Source: Asterias rubens (lineage: Eukaryota). From it: 64,000 nucleotides of DNA. The DNA is taken from contig NC_047074.1 in NCBI RefSeq assembly GCF_902459465.1, positions 6,324,001-6,388,000 of the forward strand. The letters are read 5' to 3'. Below the pieces are notes generated by a model, which worked only from the letters and a program-made list of their open reading frames with translations, ran no database searches and was not told the origin of the DNA. Both the position numbers and the translations under genes were made by a program. How positions within the stretch are numbered: position 1 is the stretch's first letter; every line of letters starts with the position of its first letter. Shown one piece after another: positions 13,027-26,929 of this stretch.

Positions 13027-16000
13027 TGTAATATATCAACACTAGAGGGCGCTATTCCCACAACCCTTGTAAGCTAGCTAGTCATGAGTTACTCTGATGA
13101 ATAAACGTGTATCTGGAAGTTATACTCTGTGAAGATATCCACTCATTTCATGGTGGCAGCGCGGTAAAAAACCCCGTCATTAATGCCAGATTAATACCAA
13201 CAATTCGTGGACATGACAAGGTATTGGTGAGTGACAAATAAACACGTAGTTGCTTCGTTCTGTACTGTATTGCCGATAAACGTTAGTGCATGTACATCTG
13301 CGGTTTACAATACTGCAGTGTTTACTTCGTCGCCATTTTAAATTTATTCAGTGCTAAACTCTGTACAACATGACTGACTCAATCACACCCCGTATGTCTT
13401 GGGATGACCCGGATTTGCCAAGTGCTATACAGATTTTTCGTCAGCAATGTGAACTATACTTTTCTGTGAAGAATGTCAAAGCAGAACAACAGGTGGACCA
13501 TATCCTTCTGTTCATGGGTTCAATAGGACTTCGCAAATACAATTCCTGGAGCCTACCTGATGCTGATGCTAAAAATGCAAATGTAGTCTGGGATCGCTTT
13601 GTTGCACAGCTAACTCCACGCAAGTTTCGTCAGAATGATCAAGAGACAGTTGATGATTTCATGTCACGATTGAAGCTACACGCTCAAACATGTCACTTTC
13701 GCGATGATAAAGAATTCGCTGACAGAATCATTGAACAATTTATCGCCGATACCAAGCATGCAGATTTGCAAAAGAAACTGTTGGCTGAAGATGACAAGTT
13801 AAGCATTGATCAGTGTTTAGACATTGCTCGCACCCATGAGGCATCCTTGTCACACATGGAACAACTTACCAACGTGAACCAAGCCAACCCATCAGTTGAT
13901 GTCATGCAACGTCAACGTACATGTCGGAATTGCGGACGTGCCCATTCCTTCAAATCACGAGAGTTGTGCCCTGCATTTGGTACCACATGTAATGTAATTG
14001 CTGTGGCAAACAAAATCACTGGAGTAAAGTGTGTAAATCACAGGATCCACGGCAGAACAAAAGTCAGCAGAGGCTGCCAGCGTGGTACAAATTCTGGTAG
14101 TTCTCGCTCACAATACGGATCCCGGTCACAACAGAACACATCCAGGCGTGACATGCACATGCTGGATGATACAGCTTTCCCGAGTGGAGACACAGATAGT
14201 CAGTACGACCAACTAACCCTTGATACTGTTATCTCAGACATCTCTCCTAGTTCCACGGATAGAGATGAAGCGTACACATACGTACAACTCAAACAGAACA
14301 CAGAACGTTGTATCATCAACTTACGCGCTAAGATGGATACTGGTGCTCAAAACGAATACCATTCCCATTCGCATGTATCGCCGAATGTACCCTACGACAC
14401 TCGATTCCAACGGATTTCCACGCAAGGGACAATTGGTTCCCTCCTCGTCAATTCTCAAGGCCTATAATGGAACTCAGATCAAGCAATATGGCATGTTACA
14501 ACTCCCATGCAAGTATGGCAAGTCGGAGTGGCACACTGCTCTATTCCACATATGCGAGACAGATGGTCCCGCAATCATTGGCCTACGCACAGTACTTCGT
14601 TTGAACATTGTCGCTCGCAATTGCTCTGTTGAGTCTGATACCTCGCCAGTTGAGACACAACGCTGTCAGCCAATCGCTTCGGTTCAAGATCTCAAAACCA
14701 AATACCCCGAACAATTTGATGCTATCGGTAACTTTAGTGGTGCATATTACATTGTTCTTCGATATGATGTGCAGCCCGTCATACACGCTCCTCGTAAGTG
14801 CCCCATTCACATCCGAGATGAGTTGAAAGCGGAACTTACTCAAATGGAGGCGCAGGGTGTTAGTCGCAAGGTGACCGAGCCCACTGATTGGGTAAGTAGC
14901 ATTGCAGTGTCACGTAAAGCTAATGGACAGCTACGCATATGCTTGGATCCAACTGATCTAAACAAATCAATCAGGCGATGCCATCATAAGACACCAACTG
15001 TTGAAGAAATCACTCACAAGCTTGCTGGTGCAAAGATTTACTAGTAAGCTCGACGCGAAACATGGCTACTGGTCAGTTCACCTTGACGAAGCTAGTTCGC
15101 TATTAACCACATTCAACAGCCCCTTCGGACGCTTTTGTTACAAATGTATGCCATTTGGGTTGAATGTCAGTCAAGATGTTTTTCAACACCGTATGGTTCA
15201 AATACTCGAGCAATGTGATGGTGTTATCGGAATCGCAGATGACATTATCGTTTTTGGAGACTCGGAACAGTCTCATGATCGCAATCTTCATCGTCTAATG
15301 ACAGTCGCTGCCTGGGTTAACATGGTTAAAGTTCAACAGCAGCAAATGCATCATCAAGGATCCACACGTCCTCTTCTTTGGCATGATATACGTTGTCAAT
15401 GGTGTCCACCCGGATCCTTCAAAGGTCAAAGCGATCAAAGCCATGCCACACCCGACAGATCCGACAAAGCTCAGAGAGTTTCTTGGTATGGTCACATATT
15501 TGAGTCCGTTCATTCCGAACTTGTCAAACCACACAGCAGATTTGCGTGCGCTTCTACAGAAGGACATTGACTATGTTTGGTCACCCATACAGTCACCAAC
15601 AGTGTTTTGAGAAAGTTCGTGACCAGATTTGTGAATCTGCAACCTTGCGGTATTTTGACCCCAACAAACCCACTGTAATACAAGTGGATGCATCCCTACG
15701 CGGATTGGGTGCTACGCTCATGCAAAATGGCGCCCCGGTGGCGTATGCTTCAAAGGCACTTAGCGATGCTGAGACTAGATACGCCAACATTGAACGTGAA
15801 ATGCTCGCAGTTGTTTTCGGCTGCGAAAGGTATCATACCTACGTTTACGGTAAACATTTCACAGTTGAGAGTGATCATAAGCCATTACAAATGATCCATC
15901 AGAAGCCGTTGACTTCTGCACCACCATGCCTACAGAGAATGCTCATGCGACTCCAACCCTATGATTTGACCCTGCACTACCGTCCAGGGAAAGAAGTTCC

Positions 16001-17777
16001 CATCGCTGATAGTTTGTCACGCTCACCAACACAGGACAATATACACATTCCATTGGACGTGCAAATACACCATGTTCAATTTTCTATGGAGCGCATCACG
16101 GAGCTTAAACGCGAAACTCGGCAGGATGCAACACTACTGCAGCTCATTGAAATTATATCGCGTGGATGGCCAGACAGAATGAAAGAGCTCCCCACTTCTC
16201 TGCGACCATATTGGTCATTTCGCGATGAACTCACCGTCGATAATGGTGTAATCATGAAGGGACCTCGCGTTGTTGTGCCAATGTCAATGCACAAATACGT
16301 CCTTGCAAAACTACACGAGGGACACCAAGGCATAACGAAAACGACACTCCGAGCAAAAGACTGTGTTTATTGGCTAACCATCAATCAATTGCCCAACATG
16401 CCAAGAACACCAACGCTCCCAACCCAAGGAACCACTGCTTCAGCACGAGCTCCCGACACGCCCATGGCAGTTTCTCGGGACTGATCTTTTCCACTTCGAT
16501 GGACAGGACTATCTCGTCATTGCGGACTATTATTCGAAATTCCCTTATGTTCGCAAGATGCCCACAAGCTGCTCCAGTCGCGCAGTAATTGATGCTACAC
16601 AGCAAGTGTTTTCCGAGCAAGGCATTCCCGAGAAAGTCATTAGTGACAATGGCCCACATTTCAGTTCGGAGGCATACAAATCATTCGCTACCGATTGGGG
16701 TTTTACACATGTGACTTCTTCTCCTCACTTCCCCAAGTCGAACGGTTTTGTTGAGAGAGCCATACAAACCATCAAGCGCACTATGACTAAAGCTAAAGCT
16801 AATGGACAAAACATCAACATGTCACTCTTATGTCTTCGTACTACTCCGATTGATAGCAAACTCCCCAGCCCAGCAGAACTACTTTGTAACCGCAAAGTGA
16901 AAAGCAATCTTCCCATCGTCATTAAGAATACATTGCCACACAAGGATCAGATCTACAACCGCCTCACTGAGAGACAAGATAAACAGAAAACTTATCCCGA
17001 TCGGTCTGCACATGACCTACAGCAACTCCAACCAGGCCAACTTGTCAGTGTACAGAATACTCGTACCGGTCTGTGGACACCAGCGAAAGTCAAACAACGC
17101 TGTGAGGAACCGTGTTCTTATTTGGTCGTCACACCAAACGGTCGCGAGCTACGTCGTAACCGCCGTCACCTTCGCGATATTGAACCAGTAAGGAAACGCG
17201 CCACTTTTGAAGGTGTCCAACCCCAGATCACTCCTCCACCTATCGCTCACACGACTAACGGTTTCACACGATCTGGAAGACAGGTCAAACCACCGGACAG
17301 ACTTGATTTATAAACAATACATTCATTAAAGAAACCACCCAGTGAGATGAACATTTGTTGAACATTACTAATCTACCAATTCGGTACATTATAGTCCAGT
17401 GAGACTAGTGATTTTCTTATTTTTTATTGCTGATTCTTGTTATAAAACTTATCCCTTTTGGCCATTTTCTGTAAAAAACTGTTGAATGTTTTTTGATTGT
17501 TACAAAAACATTTGTTGTTATTACTCCATGCACATGTATGTCAAGTTCTGGTTTTACAAAGATCTCTGGTTTTACAAAGATTATTATTTTTTTTTAAATT
17601 CAAACCAACATTTATTGTGCTAACATTTCTGGTGTTTTCAAAACAATTTTTTTTCGTAAGGGGGATGTAATATATCAACACACTATTCCCACAACCCTTG
17701 TAAGCTAGTCATGAGTTACTCTGATGAATAAACGTGTATCTGGAAGTTATACTCTGTGAAGATACCCACTCATTTCA
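13027..17777 (+). mobile_element. Ty3/Gypsy LTR retrotransposon 2, full length, inactivated
   Basis: LTRs 13027-13150 and 17666-17777. TSD GGCGC at 13022-13026 and 17778-17782. PBS tggtggcagcg at 13151. PPT aaggggga at 17658-17665. Protease MDTG, RT IADD, RNase H and integrase are present. Confidence 0.97.
13370..17313 (+). pseudogene. gag-pol of Gypsy 2, disrupted
   Basis: ORF pieces 13370-14467, 14220-15044, 15001-15570, 15383-15610, 15546-16484 and 16558-17313. Ends in TRSGRQVKPPDRLDL. Confidence 0.92.
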
Positions 17778-18234
17778 GGCGCCGGCTAAATAGTGGGAGT
17801 TAAAAATTGATTTGTTATAAAGTGTTACAAATTTTTCACTCGGGATTTTAGGGGCGAGAATGGGATGTAAAACTTTTTAATTATACAGGCCTGTGGCAGA
17901 TCCATACTAAATCTGTTACATGCTCAAGTAACGAATGTGCTAAAAAAGTATGTTTATAGGCACACAATTTTTGCTTCGTGTGCCATTTATACACCATTAA
18001 TACACCATGGATCTCGTCACAGCGTGCAACAATTGTAAAATGGTGTTTGTACGTCACAGACACACCTTCAAACTTGTCTGGTAAAGGTATGTTTTTGCAG
18101 GTGTTTTCCATGTCATATTGGGCATGGTTTGCATTATCTCTTAAATGTTGGATTTGGATTTGATTTCCAGTACATATATGTAGAATAATAATTCTCTCTC
18201 TTCTCTTCCAACCACAGGGTCTACATACGTTGTC

Positions 18235-20015
18235 ATGGCTGGACATGTGTCATTGCATCACCAAGTCTTTGTCATTCATTTAGGGCGTATTGCTTACCAC
18301 CATGCCTGGAACACTCAACAAATTCTTGCAAGGCGTTATTTGGACCACCTAAAAGTCCCTGTTTTGGGTCCATCCAAACCAAGAGACAGTATTCTCATCT
18401 GTGAACATGAACCTGTGTACACAATTGGTGTGAGGAGTAGAGATTTCCTAGTCTCCGAGGAACAAAGATTAAAGAACTTGGGAGCACATTTTCATCGAAC
18501 TAACCGTGGTGGTTTAATTACATTTCATGGACCTGGACAGCTAGTTGCATACCCAATTCTGAACTTACATCATTTCAAGAAAAGTGTTCGTTGGTACATT
18601 TCTCAGCTTGAAAGAACAGTTATTCACACATGCCAAGAGTTAGGTGTTAAAGCTGGTACTTCATGTGACACAGGTGTCTGGGTGAAGGACAATAAACTTG
18701 CTGCTATTGGTAAGCCCCCAAGATAAAAGGGTTTAATTTATTTTAATCATGGATGCTATTCCTTCCTCCATGTTTCATCACAGTATTTTGGGGTACTGAA
18801 CAATTGTTTGTTCACCAAGCATGAGTACAAACATGTACCATGTACATGTATACTGGAAGATGGCTCGTCTAACATGATTGTACATGTATATATGCTATAT
18901 TAATTAGCTTGACCATCTTGAGGTTATATTGCTCCCCAGGGAGGCAAGAAAGTTTGTGAGCAATCGTCTCAAGCCCGTTCCACAAGATTTCTTTTGTTGA
19001 GTGTCATGGTCGAGTGGTTAAGAGCATCAAATTCAAGTTGTGATGCTGATTCACCGGAGTGTGGGTTCGAATCCCAGTCGTGACACTTGTGTCCTTGAGC
19101 AAGATACTTTACTATAATTGCTTCTCTTCACCTAGGGGTATAAATGGGTACCTGCGAGGGTAGAGGTTTATATTGTGTATGAAAAGCCACAAGCGCCTTA
19201 CAGGCAGCTCAGGGCTATATACTCCCCAGGGAGCTGAGAAACATTACAGGGATGTTATTGGCCCTATGACCAGGGCACTAATGTAAAGCGCATTGGAATG
19301 GTTATTGTGAAATGCGCTAATATAAGAATTTGTTATTATTATTATTGCTATTATTATTATTAAACGATGGTGGTTGGGAACGAAATCACATCATTGTAAT
19401 AAAATTACAAGTGTGCATCGTGTTAAATGAATCCGTTCGATGAAATCGCCATGGACCCGCGTTATAAACAGCCTTGATCAAGACCTCCAAAAATCGCATC
19501 CCTGTTAAGAATCGCCTGAGATCATTAGTGTGAAACGACAAACGGCATGATAGCGATTGCTCTTGAAACAACCACGCATGCACAAACGTGGAATTTCTAT
19601 TCTCCATTCACAAAATATCTTAAACGCAGTACACACGCCATCATCGTAAAGCATTTTAGCATGCCTTTGCTGTGCTTACGGTGTTGATGTGTTGATTATT
19701 GATTCTCAAAGAAAAGCAAACTATGTAAACTACAATGTCATTAAAATATTAGACACACTTATTTTACTTGTTTTATTCTCTTCCCGTACAGGAATACAGT
19801 GCAGCAGATATATCACCACCCATGGACTAGGTTTAAACTGTAACACAGACCTTTCATGGTTTGACAACATTGTTCCTTGTGGACTCAAGGATAAAGGTAT
19901 CACATCTCTTGCTCGTGAACTCCAACGCGATGTCCCTGTACATGAAGTATTGCCGGTGTTTTTAAAGGCATTTGCCAAAGAGTTTAATTGCAGCATTGTG
20001 GAAGCTGATGCATGA
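18235..20015 (+). CDS. LIPT2: Octanoyltransferase / lipoyltransferase 2 (LipB family), 232 aa
   Basis: Coding exons 18235-18709 and 19792-20015, joined by a phase-1 GT-AG intron (KLAAIG/IQCSRY). LipB signatures CEHEPVYTIG, RGGLITFHGPGQLVAYPI, KLAAIG, HGLGLN and IVPCGL. A splice acceptor at 18216-18217 implies an upstream non-coding exon. Candidate AATAAA near 20359. Confidence 0.95.
19001..19361 (+). mobile_element. tRNA-derived SINE with a Deu/Nin-type central domain and (TTA)n tail, in the LIPT2 intron
   Basis: A box tggtcgagtgg, B box ggttcgaatcc, then tgtgtccttgagcaagatacttt...ggtataaatgggtacc (resembles the Deu/Nin core, recalled from memory), an L2-like end gtaaagcgc...gcgctaatataag and ttattattatt. 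Confidence 0.75.
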
Positions 20016-20399
20016 CATGTAGTTGGTGGACAGATTCCACAAACTCAACTTCAAAGCATTGTTTATTTGTGTTATCGCATACAGATAACCAGATACATGT
20101 ACATGTAGGTGATGTACAGTACGCGATGTAACTGTTGTGTTGCAATAATGACATTATAATTTCAGTTTACACTAAATGCTTTTTATAATTAATGCTAGTT
20201 TGTTTAATACAATTACTTTTCCATGCATTTCACCTTGACCCTTGGATTGATGAGTTACTGTGGTGAACATTCATGATGTGCAATTGGTGCTGACCTGTTG
20301 CACATCTATTGATAGTTTGTCATACTATGCGTACAAATTTCAAGGCTTGTGAAGGTACAATAAAAGTTAGTTTGAGATTTATAAATCTAAATGATTCAG

Positions 20400-20630
20400 G
20401 GACGTGCCGTAGTTTCAATTTGCTTTAGAGGTGGATTATAACAGCTCCTTTAAAAGTCTTATTGTCCGTGATGGATTAGATGTCTGTGGTGGTAATGTGT
20501 TCCAATCTTGAATAACTGTTTTGGGCATCAATGAATATACCCCCGGAAGTGATTGAGAGTGCCCTCATCACGCTATCAAAAATATTGCCCATTATGTATC
20601 TCATGACCTTGCTTTCTTGCGCATCTTGTA
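20400..20630 (-). mobile_element. Degenerate LINE 3'-end fragment (CR1-like)
   Basis: The minus strand reads ...MPKTVIQDWNTLP..., resembling the C-terminal WNxLP motif of CR1/L2 ORF2. Confidence 0.45.
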
Positions 20631-21554
20631 AACTTAAATGAATCGAGACAAGCACATTTACAACATGTTTGGGGGAAAAAAACGGAAAAAAAAGACTTTT
20701 ATTGACCAGGGGTCGATTTCACAAAGCAATAAGATTCATCGCAAGACAAATTGTCAGTATTGCCATGGTAACTTGTATTGTGACATCACACTTGATTTGG
20801 CAACTAGAATTGATTTGAATTGAAATCCATCTCAGCTCTTTGTGAAATCCTGAACCTTTATGTAAGCCTATACTGTAACTGTCGCGAAAGTGGGGTGGTT
20901 AAGTTTTGTTGCCCTTTTGATGCCCTGCAGAGGCTAAGCCGCAAAAGGGACATACTGTTTCTGAAATGTCCTTCCGTGTGTGGGTTTGTGTCAACATTCA
21001 AACCGGGACCTATATAACAAAAAGGACAATGGGTCCATGGTTGCAATCACAAAGAGTTGAACAAAGGAGGGTCCCAGATTGTGTGTGTGGTGTTCTGGTG
21101 TTTTGGTGCTGATTTGTGCCTGCGTGCATGCAAACTTATTATAACTCAGGAGGACACAAAAGATTTCATGTGGGTTGGTCCTGGGATCCCCCCCCCCCAC
21201 CCCCAACATGCCCAACCCCCAGAGGTCTGTCGATGTTGGACTATAGGCAAACAAAATTTTTATTATGGCTAAAACAAATTAAATGTTGTCTGAACAATAT
21301 CTTGAGAAGTACTTATTCATATCTACACCAAACTTTGTTTGTGGATTGGTCTTTGTTTGTGGATTGGTCTCGGGATCCCCAAGAAGCCTATTGCTTTTGC
21401 ACCCTAGGCTAAATGTTGAGGTTATTACGGCTTAAATAAAAGAAATGTTGCCTTCCCACCATACTACCCCCTGTGCCTCCCTCACCCCTCCTCACCTATC
21501 CTTCCCCACTCATGTTTCCCAGTCCTCTACCCATCCCTCTTTGACAATGATTAA

Positions 21555-21934
21555 AGACACTGGACACTATTGGTAATTGTCAAAGACCAGTCTTCTCCTC
21601 ACTTGCTGCATCTCAACATATGCATAAAATAACAAACCTGTGAAAATTTGAGCTCAATCGGTCATTGAAGTTGCGAGATAATAATGAAAGAAAAAACCCC
21701 CTTGTCACACGAAGTTGTGTGCTTTCAGATGCTTGATTTCGAGACCTCAAATTTTAAATCTTAGGTCTCGAAATCAAATTCGTGGAAAATGACTTCTTTC
21801 TCGAAAACTACCTCACTTCAGAGGGAGCCGTTTCTCACAAATTTTTATGCTACCAACCTCTCCCAATAACTTGTTACAAGTAAGGTTTTATGCTAATAAT
21901 TATTTTGAGTAATTACCAATAGTGTCCACTGCCT
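21555..21934 (+). mobile_element. About 380-bp MITE with TTAA flanks (Kolobok-like), copy 1 of 5
   Basis: ttaa|agacactggacactattggtaatt...aattaccaatagtgtccactgcct|ttaa. TTAA duplication with purine-purine termini fits Kolobok (inference). Confidence 0.8.
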
Positions 21935-23140
21935 TTAAATCTCCTATCAAAAAAGTAATGTAGCAGAAAGAGTAGAAATTGTGTGTGTGGGTGCGTGTGT
22001 GTGGGGTGGGGGGGGGGGCAGTTGTAGTGTGTAGGAGTGTTTTCACCCATAGGTTTTTCCCACCTATATGGCAGAGTATCTGCAGCACAGCATTGCACAA
22101 CACTCTGTTCTACATGTGTCAAATGTCAAGAAACGTACTGACTTGCAGGCCATTTGTGTTTTCAAACACGACTTTTCTTGTTTTGCTATGATATTGGTTA
22201 ATTCTGAAAGATAACTCAATTATCCAAATCACCACCAGCAGCATCATCAAGGGCAGATCCAGGTTGGGGGTGGGGGGATCTATTAAAGATGGAGGGTGTG
22301 AGTGTGGAACACAAAGCCTTTTACGGCGCAGGGTGCAATCTTAGGGCAATTAGAGGCATGATGAACGAAACAGAACATGAGCAGCAGTAAAGCCTTTTGA
22401 ATTACCAAGGGCAGATCTATTATAATAAGGAGGCCAATCTGTCAAAGATGGAGTATGCGAGTGTAAAGCCTTTATAGCGATGGGTCACACAGTTGATATA
22501 AACCTTCAAAAAGTGGGGGACGTGATGTACAGCCTCTTCACCTTTATATTAGTAGGAGTCCAAATGACACTGTGACCTCGCAATACATTCCTGTTCTGCT
22601 CACCCCACACACAATCATGTATTATTGACGCAGAGCTCAGCCACACTGATTAGAACAACTGGCAAACAAAGCGAATTTTATAATACAGTAGGCCTACCAT
22701 TCAGTCAGCAAGTACTATGCCTTTTTACGACTCCTATTTTTGGCGAGCTGTGAAGCGGGGTTAGCAAACATGTACATGTAATAACAATTTCCGTCTGTCA
22801 GTGGGTACCGGGTGCGTCGGTTAGCCGTACAAATTCAATCATTGTTTGAGAAAAAAGTTTTAGCATCACGCTTCAACATTTAAGTTTTGAGTTGTTTTAT
22901 GGATTCTAGACGACCTAAGTAAATTAATAAAACTATTACAGCCTAATATTGCAATTCACCCAAAAATTTGTACAGACATGTTTTCAGAATTTAAAAAGAA
23001 TCCTGACAAAATGAATGAGCCATGGTTCAGACCCTTGATGGAACGTAATCAATCTTGCAATCATCACACAACATTCATGATAAAGTTTTGGGGCTTGAAA
23101 CTGTCCCTGGAAGCCAAGGTGAAGAGACCATGGAGGTAGG

Positions 23141-24657
23141 ACTCTAATCAGCAACCAATCAATAGTAGCGCAGTCAATGCCTGCGCTGTGGCTAGTTAGC
23201 ATCCCATCCTAAACTCTAATCAGCAACCAATCAATAGTAGCGCAGTCAATGCCTGCGCTGTGGCTAGTCAGCATCCCATCCTAAACTCTAATCAGCAACC
23301 AATCAATAGTAGCGCAGTCAATGCCTGCGGTGTGGCTAGTCAGCATCCCATCCTAAACTCTAATCAGCAACCAATCAATAGTAGCGCAGTCAATGCCTGC
23401 GCTGTGGCTAGTCAGCATCCCATCCTAAACTCTAATCAGCAACCAATCAATAGTAGCGCAGTCAATGCCTGCGCTGTGGCTAGTCAGCATCCCATCCTAA
23501 ACTCTAATCAGCAACCAATCAATAGTAGCGCAGTCAATGCCTGCGGTGTGGCTAGTCAGCATCCCATCCTAAACTCTAATCAGCAACCAATCAATAGTAG
23601 CGCAGTCAATGCCTGCGGTGTGGCTAGTCAGCATCCCATCCTAAACTCTAATCAGCAACCAATCAATAGTAGCGCAGTCAATGCCTGCGGTGTGGCTAGT
23701 TAGCATCCCATCCTAAACTCTAATCAGCAACCAATCAATAGTAGCGCAGTCAATGCCTGCGGTGTGGCTAGTCAGCATCCCATCCTAAACTCTAATCAGC
23801 AACCAATCAATAGTAGCGCAGTCAATGCCTGCGGTGTGGCTAGTCAGCATCCCATCCTAAACTCTAATCAGCAACCAATCAATAGTAGCGCAGTCAATGC
23901 CTGCGGTGTGGCTAGTCAGCATCCCATCCTAAACTCTAATCAGCAACCAATCAATAGTAGCGCAGTCAATGCCTGCGGTGTGGCTAGTCAGCATCCCATC
24001 CTAAACTCTAATCAGCAACCAATCAATAGTAGCGCAGTCAATGCCTGCGGTGTGGCTAGTTAGCATCCCATCCTAAACTCTAATCAGCAACCAATCAATA
24101 GTAGCGCAGTCAATGCCTGCGGTGTGGCTAGTCAGCATCCCATCCTAAACTCTAATCAGCAACCAATCAATAGTAGCGCAGTCAATGCCTGCGGTGTGGC
24201 TAGTTAGCATCCCATCCTAAACTCTAATCAGCAACCAATCAATAGTAGCGCAGTCAATGCCTGCGGTGTGGCTAGTCAGCATCCCATCCTAAACTCTAAT
24301 CAGCAACCAATCAATAGTAGCGCAGTCAATGCCTGCGGTGTGGCTAGTTAGCATCCCATCCTAAACTCTAATCAGCAACCAATCAATAGTAGCGCAGTCA
24401 ATGCCTCCGGTGTGGCTAGTTAGCATCCCATCCTAAACTCTAATCAGCAACCAATCAATAGTAGCGCAGTCAATGCCTGCGGTGTGGCTAGTCAGCATCC
24501 CATCCTAAACTCTAATCAGCAACCAATCAATAGTAGCGCAGTCAATGCCTGCGGTGTGGCTAGTCAGCATCCCATCCTAAACTCCAATCAGCAACCAATC
24601 AATAGTAGCGCAGTCAATGCCTGCGGTGTGGCTAGTCAGCATCCCATCCTAAACTCT
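23141..24657. repeat. 72-bp minisatellite, about 21 copies
   Basis: Unit actctaatcagcaaccaatcaatagtagcgcagtcaatgcctgcggtgtggctagtcagcatcccatcctaa, highly homogeneous. Confidence 0.97.
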
Positions 24658-24908
24658 GAGTTTCGGAGGCCACAGAAAAACTGTCCTGCTTTTTACCTAC
24701 TACCTCAGAACTGAGAACTCTCCCCCAAAAAACTGGAAAATCTACTCTGGGGTAGTAGAATACAAGGCAAGACGGTTCTCCAAAGAAGAAACCCTACCTT
24801 GCAAGTACATACACACATGGTGTTACTGCAAACCAAATATATATTGATACCTCAACATGCAATGCCTCAACTTCCACATGGTTTTAAATAGCTCCAGCCA
24901 GTCTTCAA

Positions 24909-25267
24909 AGGTAGACGTTGCCTTGGATCGGGCAAGTTGGTCTATGAAAAGCGATTAAAAACGGTTAGTTATAAAATCCATATGGTGGGAAAGATGTTTT
25001 ATATCTAGAGTATAGTGATCCACATGAAAATGCCTTAAAAAAGCACGGTTTGACTTTATACATCGTGAACTAACGCAGCTAGCCATTTTGTGGCATCAAA
25101 TTTTCGCAAAGTAAAAGGAAAACCAGGCAATTGCAAGGGCATATGATGTTTCTGTGGATCATTATATTCTACTTTTGAAACATCTTTCTAACCATATGCA
25201 TTTCATAACAAACTGTTTCAAACACTTTTCATAGACCAACTCGCCTGATCCAAGGCAACATGACCCT
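24909..25267. mobile_element. MITE with about 45-bp TIRs, second Kolobok-like family
   Basis: aggtagacgttgccttggatcgggcaagttggtctatgaaaag is the near-inverse of cttttcatagaccaactcgcctgatccaaggcaacatgaccct. Flanks are tcaa and ttaa. Confidence 0.65.
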
Positions 25268-25404
25268 TTAACAGCTAATTAAAAAAAGCCAATGAACATG
25301 ATCACAAGACAGCATGTTCAATTTCATCCTTGGATTTCACCATGGTCAGTGAAACTGATTTATTATTAATTGGGTTATTGCTAAAATTACATCACGGTCA
25401 AAAG

Positions 25405-25727
25405 TAGCCCTGGTGGCCTTACACTTTCGTATTATACTACAGTGACGTCCTGGATATCAGGGTCCATATCTGGGGCCGAAAATTTTCAAAGCTGCATTAT
25501 TTCACGAAAATGACGGATTTGTGAAGAATATATAACGACCAAAACCCACCGCAGAAAAATGTATGCCGCCATGGAATCTTAATCTGTTGAAATTAGTGGC
25601 TTGTTGCAGGTAAGATTTGAGTTATGAAGCTTTGAAAATTTTCCGCCCTAGAAACAGGCCTTAATAGTTAGGACTCTGTATCTGTGAGCAATCTGTGAAC
25701 AGAGAAAGAGTCCCATATATAGGGCTA
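25405..25727. mobile_element. TAGCCC...GGGCTA non-autonomous element, internally deleted copy
   Basis: Termini tagccctgg / tagggcta. Degenerate 9-bp flanks ggtcaaaag / agtcaaagg. Homologous to 28640-29343 minus 381 bp. Confidence 0.75.
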
Positions 25728-26145
25728 AGTCAAAGGATGAATTACATGACATTTACCGGAACATAGAAAATATAGAACTCGGTAAAAAATAGACAGAAAT
25801 TTACACTAGAAAAGACAAACGGTCCATAAGAGTAGATAATGAACTGGGAGATAAAGTAGGTCGATTTCTGAGCGACATTTTTGATCTGTACTCAGTGGAA
25901 ACCACTCTGACAAATGAGAGGAAAATGCTTTTGTGGAAACATTCTCTGTGAGTTAGCTCTCACCAAAGAGGTTCCATGTCCAGTTTTGCTAGGGGTCCAT
26001 GGTACATGGTAGGATGTGTGCTGTTACCAAGGTCTACACGCCTCCGGATTATCTCAATTTGATTAATTTGTCTGTGAGTGAGATCCACAAACTTTCTAGG
26101 TAGGTTCAAACTTAATTGACTACTTTTAAAAGTTTGTGCCTTTAA

Positions 26146-26427
26146 AGATACTGTACACTATTGGTTATTACTTAAAATAATTGTTAGCATAAAAACTTAC
26201 CTGTTTAATAATAATAATTAGAGAGCTGTTTATAGTTTAAAACATTGTGAGAAATGGCTCCCACAGAGTATTGTGGTTAGTGTTCGATAAAGAAGTAATT
26301 TTCCACTAAAATATTTGAAATTGATTTTTAGACCTCGGAATTAGATTTTGAGGTCTCGAAATCAAGCATCTGAAAGCACACATTTTCGTGTGACAAGGGT
26401 GTTTTTTCTTCCATTATTATCTCGCAA
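26146..26427 (-). mobile_element. Kolobok-like MITE, truncated copy 2
   Basis: Reverse-orientation match to the right-hand part of 21555-21934. Confidence 0.75.
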
Positions 26428-26444
26428 GGAGCAAACTAGGATGG

Positions 26445-26640
26445 TTCTGGAAATAAAAATGTCTTGAGGAGGCGTTTAAACACAGCCAACGACGCAGCCC
26501 CTCTCAGATTCGCTGGCAGCGCGTTCCACAAGCGTGGTGCGGCAACGTCCCCAGCTTTCCTTTTGGATCTAGGAACATTTAACATTATTGCTTAAACTTC
26601 ATACCGAATAGACCCCTTCAAATCGCAAAGCGCTACAAGG
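26445..26640 (-). mobile_element. Degenerate L2-like LINE 3'-end fragment
   Basis: The minus strand reads ...APRLWNALPANLRGAASLAVFKRLLKTF, typical of an L2/CR1 ORF2 C-terminus. Confidence 0.6.
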
Positions 26641-26929
26641 AGGCTGAGGTCACGGGCACTTTTTGTGACTTTTATTTATTATACCTGATCACTTGAAATC
26701 CTATGAAATAGCATGAGTGGACCTTAATGTGTTGCCATGAGGCACTTAATGAAGTCCCAAACTTGTTGGAATGGAATGTATACATTCCACTGTTGATCTT
26801 TGGTTGCGTTACTACAAAAATTATAATAATAACAATCCATGACTTTCATTGCCTCAATCTTATAAAAGCTTCACTTTGAATGTCAATAATACAAACATTT
26901 CATGGCTAGTTGCACAGCTTGTCTCTCCA

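Noticed and set aside
8247-17000. Many antisense and alternate-frame ORFs over the Gypsy elements
   Set aside because: They are shadows of gag-pol. I saw no env-like or accessory ORF between integrase and the 3' LTR in any element.
23260-24714. ORFs with a 24-aa repeat (ASQHPILNSNQQPINSSAVNACGV)
   Set aside because: This is the translation of the 72-bp array, and unit variants with TAG interrupt it at irregular points.
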